Shown here piece after piece: positions 25,647-37,178 of a DNA stretch of 64,000 bases. The notes beneath the pieces are model-generated. The model made no database searches. It saw nothing but the letters and a program-made list of their open reading frames with translations, and was not told the DNA's origin. The DNA is taken from the NCBI GenBank assembly GCA_034004115.1, contig JAVEXG010000003.1:4753-68752 (forward strand), read 5' to 3'. Every line of letters starts with the position of its first letter. The stretch's first letter is position 1. The translations under genes were made by a program, and so were the position numbers. Source of the stretch: Bacteroidales bacterium (GTDB lineage: Bacteria; Bacteroidota; Bacteroidia; Bacteroidales; VadinHA17).

Positions 25647-26843
25647 ATGGCAAAGCGAACAATAGTTACCCTGCCCGGGGACGGGATCGGTAATATAGTA
25701 ATGAAGCAGGCTCTGAGAGTCCTTGATGCTTCCGGATTTAGTGCCGAATATTTACACGGCGATATTGGCTGGGATCTCTGGTGCAGTGAGGGCAATCCTC
25801 TGCCTCAGCGGACTCTGGATCTTATAAGCAAACACAGAGTAGCGCTCTTTGGCGCTATCACCTCAAAGCCCAACGAAGAGGCAAAGGCTGAACTCAACCC
25901 CTCGTTACGGGACAAAGGTTATGTATATTCAAGTCCGATAGTCGGCCTCAGGCAGAAATTCAATCTCGATATTTGCGTCAGGCCCTGCAGGTCGTACACG
26001 GGGAACCCGCTGAACTTCATAAGAAGGGGAAGGGGAGGAGCAATCGAGGAGCCTCTTGTTGACGTGGTGATCTTCCGGCAGAACACCGAAGGTTTGTATT
26101 CGGGCGTGGAATGGACAAATCCTCCGGATCAGGTTCATCAGGCCCTGATGACTCACCCGAAATTCAGGGCCAATTATGGCGGCGTGCCCCCCGAGGAGCT
26201 GTCAGTTTCAACAAGGATTTTCACAAGAAAAGCCACTCAGCGCATTCTGTCAGCTGCCTTCGAACACGCTCAGAAATACGGATACAAATCGGTGACCGTA
26301 TGCGAAAAACCAAATGTAATCAGGGAGACCTCCGGCCTGATGTGGAAGATGGCAAAGGAAACTCAGAAGACTTTGTACCCCGGTATTAAACTCCTGAATA
26401 CAAATATTGACGCACAGATGATGTGGCTGACAAAGAATCCCGAGGACTACGGGGTGATTGTCGCGGGTAACATGTTTGGCGACATAGTATCGGACGCATT
26501 TGCCGGACTTATTGGCGGACTGGGCTTTGCATGCAGTGCGCAGTTCTCTGAGGACGGGATTGCGGTATTTGAGCCAACTCATGGTTCTGCTCCGAAATAT
26601 GCCGGATATGAAATTCCAATAGTTAATCCGATTGCAATGATTGAATCGGCATGCATGATGCTCGATTATCTTGATGAGAAGACCACAGCTTCCAGTATCA
26701 GAAAGGCCGTTGCCGAAACAATCCTGGAAGGAAAGACAAGAACCTACGACATGATGAAGATGACCGGTTCTCCGGATGTGGTGAAGAACGGTGCGGCATC
26801 GACAGTTGAGATGGCAGATGCAATTATTTCAAAACTGAAGTAA
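25647..26843 (+). CDS. isocitrate/isopropylmalate dehydrogenase family protein (substrate not assignable)
   Basis: 398 aa. 'IVTLPGDGIGNIV', 'IFRQNTEGLYSG', 'NMFGDIVSDAFAGLIGGLG' and 'FEPTHGSAPKYAG'. Confidence 0.8.
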   Translation: MAKRTIVTLPGDGIGNIVMKQALRVLDASGFSAEYLHGDIGWDLWCSEGNPLPQRTLDLISKHRVALFGAITSKPNEEAKAELNPSLRDKGYVYSSPIVGLRQKFNLDICVRPCRSYTGNPLNFIRRGRGGAIEEPLVDVVIFRQNTEGLYSGVEWTNPPDQVHQALMTHPKFRANYGGVPPEELSVSTRIFTRKATQRILSAAFEHAQKYGYKSVTVCEKPNVIRETSGLMWKMAKETQKTLYPGIKLLNTNIDAQMMWLTKNPEDYGVIVAGNMFGDIVSDAFAGLIGGLGFACSAQFSEDGIAVFEPTHGSAPKYAGYEIPIVNPIAMIESACMMLDYLDEKTTASSIRKAVAETILEGKTRTYDMMKMTGSPDVVKNGAASTVEMADAIISKLK

Positions 26844-26857
26844 GAAGGAGGCCGGAA

Positions 26858-27409
26858 ATGAACGACAAGGTAAAGAAACTATGGCCCGAACTGGAATGGA
26901 TAAAGGACGAGTCGCTTCGTGAAAAGACGGCCAGGACCTGGAAAACAGCTCTTGAGAAAAGTGTTTTGAGGGCCGAGGATCTCGACCTCATTCCTTTCAC
27001 CCTTCTTTGCGGACCCGATATGAAGGTAACTTTTATGGAGCATAAGCGATGCGTGGTCCATATTGCCAGGGAAAGTGGGGAGAAGATGAATATGTTTTTC
27101 GGCGATAACCTGAAGGTGAATATGGATGTGCTTATCTCAGGAGCAATACTTGCAGATGTCGGAAAACTTCTTGAGTATGAGCTTGATGAACACGGGACAG
27201 CCGTTCAGGGCCGGTACGGCCAATACTTGCGTCATCCGTTCTCGGGGGTGTCACTGGCTGAAGAATGCGGTGTGCCGCCGGAGGTCTGTCACATAATTGC
27301 GGCGCATGCCCATGAGGGCGATCTTGTGAAGCGGACAACGGAGGCATATATAGTGCATCATGCCGATTTTATGACCTTCCTTCCCTTCAAAAGCCGCCTT
27401 GCAGTCTGA
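26858..27409 (+). CDS. HD-superfamily-like protein (variant metal motif)
   Basis: 183 aa. It has an HD-domain-like layout ('HKRCVVHIA', 'GAILADVGK', 'IIAAHAHEGD'). The canonical HD dyad position reads AD. A strong AGGAGG sits 8 nt upstream of the ATG. Confidence 0.45.
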   Translation: MNDKVKKLWPELEWIKDESLREKTARTWKTALEKSVLRAEDLDLIPFTLLCGPDMKVTFMEHKRCVVHIARESGEKMNMFFGDNLKVNMDVLISGAILADVGKLLEYELDEHGTAVQGRYGQYLRHPFSGVSLAEECGVPPEVCHIIAAHAHEGDLVKRTTEAYIVHHADFMTFLPFKSRLAV

Positions 27410-27426
27410 AAAACTGAGGTGGATTA

Positions 27427-29340
27427 TTAACCCAGCTTCATCTTCTCGATCTCCTCAAGGTTCCGCTCATTGCAGACATCCTTGGCGTTGGGAGTGTAGA
27501 GGTAATCAATAAGTTCCTCATACCTGTCCATGATTTTGCCCCTGACGATCTTCATTGTTGAGTTCATCAGGCCATTTTCCTCATTGAATCCTGCATCGAG
27601 AATACCGATAGCAACAGGAAGCCATCTCTGGGGGAACATATGGCCATACTTCCCGTTTGTGCGGTACTCATTCACTTCGTTCTCAAGGAGTGTCGCAACA
27701 GCCCTTCTTCCTTCGTCCGAATCGGCTGTCAGATTTTTCTCCTCGAGATAAAATTTCAGAGCATGCTGGTTGGGAACAACCAGGGCCACGGAATATGGCT
27801 TCTGATTATTGTAAAGCATACACTGATCGATATATTTCGACTGTTCCGACATGGCTTCCTCAATTCCCTCCGGACTGAATTTCTCACCGTCATCAGCAAT
27901 AAGCAGGCTCTTGAATCGTCCCAGGACATACAGGAATCCGTCAGGAGTCATATAACCCATATCACCGGTATACAGCCAGCCGTCCTTTATAGTATCTTTT
28001 GTGGCCGCTTCATTCTTCCAGTAACCGTGCATGACATTCCCGCCCCTGATTACGATTTCTCCTTTTTCTCCGACAGGGAGTTCCCGGCCTTCATCGTCGC
28101 AGATCCTGAGTTCCATATTACTTACAATGGTACCTGAAGAACCCAGCCTGTGCCTGGCTGCTGAATTAGATGAAATGACCGGCGAGGCTTCGCTTAATCC
28201 GTAACCCTGATACATTGGTATCCCAAGTGCATAGAAGAATCTCTGGAGTTCGATTTCGAGAAGGGCTCCTCCGCCGATGAAATAATCAAGCTCTCCGCCG
28301 AAACTCTCACGGATCTTTCTGAACAGTATCTTGTCATAAAGGTCGATGAGTGGTTTTTTCAGTTTCTGCAAGCCACGCCCCTTGTTCCATCCTTCCTTGT
28401 TGTATGAGTAGGATATCTTCATGGCATGATTGAAAAGAAGCTCTGTCAGTTTGCCCTTCTCCTTGATGCCCTTTTCTATATTCTTCCTGAAATTTTTGGC
28501 TATTGCAGGAACACTCATAAGCAGATTCGGCTTGATCTCCTTGAGACATACCGGCATATTCCTGAGTGTTTCCATGGGAGTCTTACCGGTCTTCACCGAC
28601 GCCACGCTTGCCCCCTTGCCCATGAATGCATATATAGCTGCCGTGTGACCGAAAGAGTGATCCCACGGAAGGATCAGCAATGTTTTATAGAATGAGGGAA
28701 TATCCATCAGACTGTATGACTGGTAAACGTTGGTCACATAGTTGCTGTGTGTCAGAATAATACCTTTGGGATCGGCCGTGGTACCCGAAGTATAGCAGAT
28801 ATTGGCAAAATCGGATGGTTTGATGGCTGAATAGATCTCCCTGAATTTTTCTTTGTTTTCCGGTTTTTCCAGCCACTCCCTTCCTGCCTTCCTGACCTCA
28901 TTAAAATGAATTTCATTATTTTCATACTCCTCCTGGGTGTCGAAGTGGACTATCTTTTCAATTGAAAGACAGTCCTTAATCACCGTTTTCAGTTTCGTTG
29001 CCTGTATCGAAGAGGCCAGAACCATCCTTGATTCGGAATGGTTTATCCGGAACTTGATCTCTTCAGGATTGAGTTTTACAGAGAGAGGTACGTTTACTGC
29101 GCCGGCATAAAGAATCCCAAGCTCACCGATAACCCAGTTGTTACGGCCTTCGGAAATAATACTCAGTCTGTCGCCCGGTCTGATACCCATCGTGATGAGG
29201 CCGGCAGCAAACTCATATACCTGTTTCCTCGTTTCACCATAGGTGGTTCCTTCGTACTTTTCCTGAGGCTTTTCCCACAGATAAACATTGCTTTCATACT
29301 TTTCAACACTCTCTTCGAAAAACTGAATTATTGATTTCAT
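27427..29340 (-). CDS. long-chain acyl-CoA synthetase (AMP-forming)
   Basis: 637 aa. AMP-binding motif 'YTSGTTADPKGIILTHSN', plus 'GYGLSE' and 'YTGDMGYMTPDGFLYVLGRFK'. Confidence 0.88.
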   Translation of the reverse strand: MKSIIQFFEESVEKYESNVYLWEKPQEKYEGTTYGETRKQVYEFAAGLITMGIRPGDRLSIISEGRNNWVIGELGILYAGAVNVPLSVKLNPEEIKFRINHSESRMVLASSIQATKLKTVIKDCLSIEKIVHFDTQEEYENNEIHFNEVRKAGREWLEKPENKEKFREIYSAIKPSDFANICYTSGTTADPKGIILTHSNYVTNVYQSYSLMDIPSFYKTLLILPWDHSFGHTAAIYAFMGKGASVASVKTGKTPMETLRNMPVCLKEIKPNLLMSVPAIAKNFRKNIEKGIKEKGKLTELLFNHAMKISYSYNKEGWNKGRGLQKLKKPLIDLYDKILFRKIRESFGGELDYFIGGGALLEIELQRFFYALGIPMYQGYGLSEASPVISSNSAARHRLGSSGTIVSNMELRICDDEGRELPVGEKGEIVIRGGNVMHGYWKNEAATKDTIKDGWLYTGDMGYMTPDGFLYVLGRFKSLLIADDGEKFSPEGIEEAMSEQSKYIDQCMLYNNQKPYSVALVVPNQHALKFYLEEKNLTADSDEGRRAVATLLENEVNEYRTNGKYGHMFPQRWLPVAIGILDAGFNEENGLMNSTMKIVRGKIMDRYEELIDYLYTPNAKDVCNERNLEEIEKMKLG

Positions 29341-29481
29341 CAGGCAGGTAGATTATATGTACGTAATTAAATATGTAATAACATTGTAATTACTATGATA
29401 GGGGGTGAAATTTCCGGAGCCTAATATACAAAAACCTTTTAAATCAATTATTGTTTGTGAAGTTGTAAAAAAGTTTTATCC

Positions 29482-29513
29482 TTTGGATTGGCTTTCAATA
29501 TTTTGTACTTTTG
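29482..29513 (+). promoter_or_regulatory. candidate Bacteroidota promoter (-33 TTTG, 20-nt spacer, -7 TACTTTTG)
   Basis: TTTG at 29482..29485 and 'tacttttg' at 29506..29513, which ends 50 nt upstream of the ATG at 29564. Confidence 0.4.
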
Positions 29514-29563
29514 AAAGGAGAGGCTTGTGGTCAAGCCTCAAAAAAACCTCTTAAATTCCAACC

Positions 29564-30037
29564 ATGAAGCATTTTACGATTGTTTTTCTGGCGATGTTGC
29601 TGATTCTGCCTGTTTCCTGCAAGAAAATAAAGGAAAGAGGGCTGTTTGGTAAGAAGGCTAAAACACTTGAGATGCTGATTGCCCAGCAGGACAGCATCAG
29701 GGTAGCTGATTCAATAAAAAGGGTAGAGAACCGGCTAAGGGCTATTGAGGAAGCAAGGCTGGACAGCCTTATACGTGCCGAGCAGGAAAAGGCGACATAT
29801 GAAGCCAGCCGGAAATACAATATTGTGGTCGGCAGTTTTATAACGCCGGAATATGCCCTTGCATGGGCAGAAGAGTACAGGAAGATGGGTTATGATCCTC
29901 AGATAATCCGCATGACTGACAGCCGGTATGAACTTGTTGTTGCGGAATCGCATGAACAGTATTCAAGGGCTTTCAGGAGGCTTGAACAGTTCCGTGATAC
30001 AGTTGAGATCGATGCCTGGCTGTATGTGAGGAGGTAA
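29564..30037 (+). CDS. SPOR-like domain lipoprotein
   Basis: 157 aa. Signal and lipobox 'LLILPVSC'. C-terminal 'YNIVVGSFITPEYALAWAEEYRKMGYDPQII...YELVVAESH' resembles a SPOR repeat. Confidence 0.5.
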   Translation: MKHFTIVFLAMLLILPVSCKKIKERGLFGKKAKTLEMLIAQQDSIRVADSIKRVENRLRAIEEARLDSLIRAEQEKATYEASRKYNIVVGSFITPEYALAWAEEYRKMGYDPQIIRMTDSRYELVVAESHEQYSRAFRRLEQFRDTVEIDAWLYVRR

Positions 30038-30044
30038 CCGGAGT

Positions 30045-31313
<1,269 letters not shown>

Positions 31314-31488
31314 TCAGGATTTATAAACAGTTACGAAGTTACAAAATAATCTGGCAAGCGATCACGTTGATAATATTATGTTGATAACTGGGGATATTCT
31401 CAAGGCAAATTAAGATATTCTAAAATTGAACGTTTTAAAACCAGGGTGGGTCTGGCGGTAGGTTTCGCATTTTAAGATCAAAAGTCTG

Positions 31489-31520
31489 CAAAAAAAGGGG
31501 GATTAGTCAGTCCCCTTTTT
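31489..31520 (-). terminator. candidate intrinsic terminator for fur (overlaps the last codons)
   Basis: The minus strand reads AAAAAGGGGA-CTGACTAA-TCCCC-C-TTTTTT. That is a 5-bp GC stem with an 8-nt loop followed by a T-run. Confidence 0.4.
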
Positions 31521-31968
31521 GTTTTTTCACAGATTTGTCCAGGTTGCCGTAGATGTAGAGGGAATGGTACATTGGAGTAAATCCGTGCATGCCGCATGCT
31601 GTACGGATGATCTGCTGAATTCTTGGATCACAGAATTCTATTACCTTGCCTGTCTCTAAATCGATCAGATGGTCGTGCTGACCACACTGGTAGGCCCGTT
31701 CGTACTGGGCAATGTTTTTCCCGAACTGATGCTTGATTACAAGGTTGCAGTCGAGAAGCAATTCAATTGTGTTGTACAGCGTGGCCCTGCTGACCCTGTA
31801 ATTCTTGTTCTTCATGAAAATGTAAAGCGATTCCACGTCGAAGTGCCCGGTTCTTGAATATATCTCATCAAGAATTGCGAATCTTTCGGGTGTCTTTCTG
31901 TGACCCTTCTTTTCCAGATATTCGGTAAATATCTGCTTTACTGTCGATCTGGTATCATTTTCAGCCAT
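31507..31968 (-). CDS. fur: Fur-family transcriptional regulator
   Basis: 153 aa. Winged-helix N-terminal half ('[13 protein letters not shown]...[11 protein letters not shown]') and metal-site '[17 protein letters not shown]'. Confidence 0.8.
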   Translation of the reverse strand: MAENDTRSTVKQIFTEYLEKKGHRKTPERFAILDEIYSRTGHFDVESLYIFMKNKNYRVSRATLYNTIELLLDCNLVIKHQFGKNIAQYERAYQCGQHDHLIDLETGKVIEFCDPRIQQIIRTACGMHGFTPMYHSLYIYGNLDKSVKKQKGD

Positions 31969-32038
31969 TTAAGATCCGGTTTTTCTGGTCATTTAATAGT
32001 CGTTCCAGGGTAGCGTGATGAATTTTGTCTTGCAATCA

Positions 32039-34291
32039 TCAGGAAAAATCCTCAACACGACTGATCGTGTCGATTCCCTTCACATTCGACAACTTCAATA
32101 TAAGGTTGTTGAGGTCCTGGGTGTGATGGACAAAAAGGTCGATCGTTCCCTCGAAAATACCCTCCCTTACGTTGAAATTGATATTGGTCATGTTGACTTT
32201 CAGCTCTGAAGAAATAATATTTGTGAGGTCATTTACCAGGCCGATCCTGTCGACCCCGCTGACCTTTATTCGTGCGAGGAAAGATACCAGTTTGTGAATT
32301 GCCCACCTGACCGGCAAAATCCTGTTTCCCTCGTTCGACATTATTCTGATTGCTGCAGGGCATTTGGGCTTATGAATTACTATCGACCCCTCTGGTGAGT
32401 GATATCCGATAACTTCATCGCCCGGAATAGGGTTGCAGCATTTTGCTATTTCATATGACTGCCCGGCATTTTCGATGTTTTCCCTGAGAAGGAAAGGGGC
32501 TGACGGATCAATCCTGCCGGTAATCGTCTCATCTCCTTCTTCCTTTTTGTCTTTTTTCGGTCCAAGCAGCTTAAGTTCCCAGTATTTTATTACATTTTTC
32601 GCAGGCGACTTCCTGATAACCTTCTTAAGGTTGTCGGGGTTAATTGTTCCCAGCTCTATTCCCGAATATAGTTCATCCTTATTCGGTACATCATAAGCCT
32701 GCATCAGCTTTTTGAGTATCTCGGTGTTCGGAGTGGCTCCTATTTCGGCAAGTTTCATCTCGAGGATTTCCATCCCTCTCTGTATCCTGTTGGTTGATTC
32801 GGCCCTGAGCACACTTTTGATGGCTTCCTTTGCCTTTGAGGTTGTTACGTACGAAAGCCATTCTCTTTCAGGCTTGGCAATGTCGGATGTGATAATCTCC
32901 ACCTGGTCGCCGCTCATTAGTATAGTGCTGATCGGATTAAGCTTATGGTTGATTTTGGCGCCAATGGCTTTGTTACCTATTTCGGTATGGATTTCGTATG
33001 CAAAATCGAGGGCTGATGCTCCTTTTGGCAGGCTGACCAGGGTTCCTTTTGGAGTGAAGACCATTATCTCGGAGGAAAAAAGGTTCATCTTGAACTCGTC
33101 AAGAAATTCGATCGGATTCTCCAGCGGGTTCTCAAGCATCGACCTGATCTTCTTGATCCACTTGTCGAGCTCAGTCTCGGGTGTGTGATCGCCCTTATAC
33201 TTGTAATGGGCGGCATATCCTCTCTCCGCTATTTCATCCATACGCATGCTTCGAATCTGGACCTCAACCCAGTGGCCTTCAGGACCCATGACTGTTACAT
33301 GAAGCGCCTCGTAGCCATTGGGCTTCGGCCGGCTCACCCAGTCGCGAAGCCTGTCGGGCTTTGGAAGATATGTATCGGTAATTACTGAATAGATATTCCA
33401 GCAGGTCGTCTTTTCAGGTATCCCGGGCATAGGATTAAAAACAATCCTGACAGCCAGCACATCATAAACTTCTTCGAATGGCACATTCTTGGCCTGCATT
33501 TTTGTCCAGATCGAGAATATCGATTTCGGACGACCGCTTACTTCGAAGTTAAGACCTGATTCGTTGAGCTTATTTATGATGGGTAAACTGAATTTGTTGA
33601 TGAGGGCGTAATATTTTTTCTCACCAAGCTTCATTTTGGAAGAGATCTCCTCATATATCGCCGGCTGCCTGTATTTGAAACTGAGGTCCTCGAGCTCACT
33701 TTTTATGGCATACAAACCTATCCTGTTTGCAAGCGGAGCGTACAGGAATATGGTTTCGCCGGCCACCTTCATCTTTTTGTGTTCGGGCATCGATTCAAGA
33801 GTCCGCATGTTATGCAACCTGTCGGCTATCTTGATAAGAATTACCCTCAGATCGTCCGACAGGGTCAGAAGCATTCTGCGGAAGTTCTCTGCCTGTAGCG
33901 ATGATGAGGTGCCCTTGTCGTATGAAGTGCTCGATATTTTGGTAAGTCCGTCAATCAGCGAGGCTATTTTCGGTCCGAAATCCCTGTTAACTTCTTCCAG
34001 GGTGTAATCGGTGTCCTCAACGGCGTCGTGAAGGAGGGCTGTGGCAATAGAACGGGCTCCAAGACCTATTTCCTGGTTAACAATTTTTGCAACGGCTATC
34101 GGGTGGATGATATAAGGTTCACCCGATTTGCGGCGAAGATTCCAGTGAGCCTTGTTGGAGATATTGAATGCCTTCTCAATAAGTTCACGGTCTCCCGGCT
34201 CCCTGCACCTTACCATATTGTTAATCAGGGAATCGTATTCGGATTGAATAAGCTTTATGTCCTCCTCGTCAAATATGTCCTTATTGCCCAT
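32039..34291 (-). CDS. bifunctional (p)ppGpp synthetase/hydrolase, RelA/SpoT family
   Basis: 750 aa. HD hydrolase domain ('HPIAVAKIV...LLHDAVEDT'), synthetase domain ('YEALHVTV...EVQIRS..M'), TGS domain ('VFTPKG.LVSLPKGASALDFAY') and a C-terminal ACT-like domain. Confidence 0.92.
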   Translation of the reverse strand: MGNKDIFDEEDIKLIQSEYDSLINNMVRCREPGDRELIEKAFNISNKAHWNLRRKSGEPYIIHPIAVAKIVNQEIGLGARSIATALLHDAVEDTDYTLEEVNRDFGPKIASLIDGLTKISSTSYDKGTSSSLQAENFRRMLLTLSDDLRVILIKIADRLHNMRTLESMPEHKKMKVAGETIFLYAPLANRIGLYAIKSELEDLSFKYRQPAIYEEISSKMKLGEKKYYALINKFSLPIINKLNESGLNFEVSGRPKSIFSIWTKMQAKNVPFEEVYDVLAVRIVFNPMPGIPEKTTCWNIYSVITDTYLPKPDRLRDWVSRPKPNGYEALHVTVMGPEGHWVEVQIRSMRMDEIAERGYAAHYKYKGDHTPETELDKWIKKIRSMLENPLENPIEFLDEFKMNLFSSEIMVFTPKGTLVSLPKGASALDFAYEIHTEIGNKAIGAKINHKLNPISTILMSGDQVEIITSDIAKPEREWLSYVTTSKAKEAIKSVLRAESTNRIQRGMEILEMKLAEIGATPNTEILKKLMQAYDVPNKDELYSGIELGTINPDNLKKVIRKSPAKNVIKYWELKLLGPKKDKKEEGDETITGRIDPSAPFLLRENIENAGQSYEIAKCCNPIPGDEVIGYHSPEGSIVIHKPKCPAAIRIMSNEGNRILPVRWAIHKLVSFLARIKVSGVDRIGLVNDLTNIISSELKVNMTNINFNVREGIFEGTIDLFVHHTQDLNNLILKLSNVKGIDTISRVEDFS

Positions 34292-34322
34292 AAAAAATCA
34301 TTGTGTTCTTTTCTGCCAGATA

Positions 34323-34330
34323 CAAAGATA
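34323..34330 (-). promoter_or_regulatory. candidate Bacteroidota -7 box (TATCTTTG) for the relA/spoT gene
   Basis: Plus strand 'caaagata' equals minus strand 'tatctttg', about 32 nt upstream of the ATG at 34291. Confidence 0.3.
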
Positions 34331-34419
34331 ACGTAATTGAGCTAAACTGAAACTGCCTTATGATTAGTAGCAGGCCGGAAGTCAAAGCATATTGCAACAT
34401 TCAGGCAATGCCTGATCTG

Positions 34420-35904
34420 TTATCTCCTTACAATTGTCAGTGTGCCGGTCCGGTCAATAATCCTTCCTGAAGGAGTAGTCATCCGGAGGTGCCACATTAC
34501 CACTCCCCGGGGGGCCGGGGCTCCTCCTGCCGTTCCATCCCATGATTCGGTGTAATCGCGGGTCTCAAAAAGGGTGTTGCGCCGCCTGTCGGCTATTATC
34601 AGCCTGTATTCTGAAGGTGTAAAAGTTATTACCGGCCTGAAGAAATCATTTATCCCGTCGCCGTCGGGAGTGAAAATATTAGGAACAGTAACAACTTCCT
34701 CAATTGTCGTGCAGGCAATTCCTGAAAAGGCTTCTCCTTCAATTCCGAACGGGTTATCCGTTTCATCAGCCCTGATCCTGAAACAGATCTCCTCTTTTTC
34801 TAGTTCATACATGATATCCGGTATGCTTACAGAGAAAATAGTATCAGCAGGCCCTGCAACGGCTTCAGATTCAAACCCATTTCCCTTGTCGGCAAGAATT
34901 GCGTATGACGAAACGGATCCGCGCCACTGCCGGTACCTGTTCCATTTAAGTATTATCTCGTTGCCTGTATTTGTAAGTGTCAGACGAATGTTGGATGCAG
35001 TATTGGAGGTAGCTGTGCCTTGTTTGCAGATGACTGCAGAAAGCCGGTAGAAATAAATATCATCAGGGCTGGCTGGTTTGTCGGTATAGATAAGCGACTC
35101 AATGTCGCCGCCTGTGAACTGGTGTATCTGTTGAAACAGTCCTGAAAATCCTGTCCTTCTCTCAAGGGCGAATGTGTCGATATCAGATGACGGGTCGATA
35201 TGGAACGAAAGGTCTATTTCTCCGTCATCCGTAATCGTTGCATAATCTGCATTTATCCATTGCGGGGGAGTTGTAAGGCTTGCAACGGCTGAGGTCAGGT
35301 TGGATGAGGAGGATTGTCCGTTTTCAAGAACAGCCTTTATTATGAAATCATACCTGCTGCCTTCAGTAACATTGTCGAGGTTGAATACGGATCCTTCACT
35401 CTCCGCCTGTCCGGCAAGGAAAAAAGGCCCCCCGTTTTCAGATTCCATGATTTCGTATCGTGATACCTCAAATGGAAATGAGGGATACTCGCTCCAGGAG
35501 ATCTTTATGAGGTTATTGCATGGATCAGGATAGGATCTGGCATGAATGGTGCACAACTCATTTGAAAGCCGGCTTATGTTCCTGGCGTTATCAAATGCCG
35601 CAATAACATAACATTCAGATCGTTCGTTTGAGTAAAGGTTCAGGAAGGAATAGCTTGTTGCTGAAGGGTTGAACAAGGAATCGATAATATACCCTTCTCC
35701 GTTCCTGAAATTATAAAGAGCATAACCTGCCAGATCGGGTTCGGTGTTGGCAGTCCATAACAACTCTGTAAAGCCGTTATCCTGATTTATTGTTGCCAGC
35801 AACAGCGTGGGAGGTGCAGGTTGTTCATCATCGGTCTGCCCGTTTACCGGCAAAAAAACAAGTGATATAAGAATTATCAGTATGTATTTGAGCTTTTTAT
35901 TCAT
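34420..35904 (-). CDS. T9SS type-B C-terminal sorting domain protein with Ig/FN3-like repeats
   Basis: 494 aa. It has a signal peptide and the C-terminal 'VPNIFTPDGDGINDFFRPV', the hallmark of the gliding-motility/CHU_C type-B CTD. Its start codon overlaps the upstream stop (TGATG). Confidence 0.75.
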   Translation of the reverse strand: MNKKLKYILIILISLVFLPVNGQTDDEQPAPPTLLLATINQDNGFTELLWTANTEPDLAGYALYNFRNGEGYIIDSLFNPSATSYSFLNLYSNERSECYVIAAFDNARNISRLSNELCTIHARSYPDPCNNLIKISWSEYPSFPFEVSRYEIMESENGGPFFLAGQAESEGSVFNLDNVTEGSRYDFIIKAVLENGQSSSSNLTSAVASLTTPPQWINADYATITDDGEIDLSFHIDPSSDIDTFALERRTGFSGLFQQIHQFTGGDIESLIYTDKPASPDDIYFYRLSAVICKQGTATSNTASNIRLTLTNTGNEIILKWNRYRQWRGSVSSYAILADKGNGFESEAVAGPADTIFSVSIPDIMYELEKEEICFRIRADETDNPFGIEGEAFSGIACTTIEEVVTVPNIFTPDGDGINDFFRPVITFTPSEYRLIIADRRRNTLFETRDYTESWDGTAGGAPAPRGVVMWHLRMTTPSGRIIDRTGTLTIVRR

Positions 35905-37178
35905 CAGCCTGCCGTAATCTCGTAGATATCCCCGGTGGTATAGTAGGTGTTAGCGAGTTTTAATAATTCTTCGGGAGTTATTGTTCTGATTGTATGCATT
36001 ATTGTAGAAAAATAGCTTAGATCCAGGCCGAATTCCCATGCTGATTTAAAGCTTTCTGCGATCGACATTGGCCCGTCGAATAACCTGACAAGCTCTCCTG
36101 CCATGTACTTGCTTACTACTTCAATCTCATCAGCAGGAACAGGTATTGTAAGAAGCAGGTTTATTTCCTTTTTTATTTCATCGACAGCCTTACCGGCATT
36201 TTCCCTTCCGACTTCGGTAGTTATCATCCTGAATCCTGATTTGTCGAACGATGAGACAATAGAGTGAATCCCATAGGTATAACCTTTTTCTTCCCTTATG
36301 TTCTTCATAAGACGTGATCCGAAATAACCGCCCAGGACCACATTGAGGAACTTCAGCCCGGGGTAATCGGGGTGTCGCTTGTTTATCGTTGCGGCTCCAA
36401 TCCTTATTGCAGTCTGAACCGCTCCCTTCTTCTTTATATGTTCCTTTCTTATAGGAGAGCTTTCAATGAGGCTTCCTGTTTCAATGCTTTGAATTTTTTC
36501 TGATCTGAGACCTCCGAAGTGTTTTTCAAGGGAGGCAATAGCAGAACCTGGAATTTTTCCTGAAACGATCACCGCCATCTCTTCCGGCCGGTAGAACCGG
36601 GAATGGAAATCCCTTAACAGCGATGGCGTCATGCCATCAAAGTCAGATTTAACTACCTGCCTGCCATACGGATGATTTTGTCCGAAAACGGATTTGAAGA
36701 ATCTTTCGCTGGCGATATTCTGAACTTTTTCCCTGTTGATTCTGAACCAGTTCAGCCTCTTCTTCATAAGTTTCTCCAGCTCTTTTGCCGGGAACACCGG
36801 ACAAAAGAGAACCTCTGCAATCAGTTCCAGAGTCTTGTCGAAATATCTGCTGAGGAAATATGCGGTGAGGCCGGCAGTATCCCTTTCCGCCTGAAGGTTC
36901 ATGAATATCCCGTAGTAATCAAGCAAAGCGTTCAGCTCTTCCGATGTATACCTTTCGGAACCTTCGGTGAGCATCATATTGGCCGAGCTTGCCAGCAGGG
37001 GCAGGTGTTCCTTTATAATTCCGGCTCTGAAGACACACTCAATCCTGATAACATCCTCTGTGCCTGCCTCAATCATAAAAACCCGTGCCCCATTGCTTAA
37101 TATAATCGACTTTAATGGAATATCAATTTGTGCATCAAAGGGATGTACCGGGGGTTGTATTCTCTGGAAACTGCTCAT
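35904..37178 (-). CDS. M16-family peptidase, non-catalytic-type subunit
   Basis: M16 fold by pattern, with no HxxEH motif. I prefer the internal ATG at 37178 ('MSSFQRIQPP...'), which forms an ATGA overlap with the upstream stop. The track ORF extends to 37220. Confidence 0.75.
   Translation of the reverse strand: MSSFQRIQPPVHPFDAQIDIPLKSIILSNGARVFMIEAGTEDVIRIECVFRAGIIKEHLPLLASSANMMLTEGSERYTSEELNALLDYYGIFMNLQAERDTAGLTAYFLSRYFDKTLELIAEVLFCPVFPAKELEKLMKKRLNWFRINREKVQNIASERFFKSVFGQNHPYGRQVVKSDFDGMTPSLLRDFHSRFYRPEEMAVIVSGKIPGSAIASLEKHFGGLRSEKIQSIETGSLIESSPIRKEHIKKKGAVQTAIRIGAATINKRHPDYPGLKFLNVVLGGYFGSRLMKNIREEKGYTYGIHSIVSSFDKSGFRMITTEVGRENAGKAVDEIKKEINLLLTIPVPADEIEVVSKYMAGELVRLFDGPMSIAESFKSAWEFGLDLSYFSTIMHTIRTITPEELLKLANTYYTTGDIYEITAG

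Noticed and set aside
29520-29546. A perfect 8-bp hairpin, GAGGCTTG-tggt-CAAGCCTC, followed by A7, upstream of the SPOR-like gene.
   Set aside because: I considered it as a terminator, but the U-tract is on the wrong side for both strands and no gene ends nearby. It lies between the candidate -7 box and the ATG, so at most it is a 5'-UTR structure of unknown relevance.
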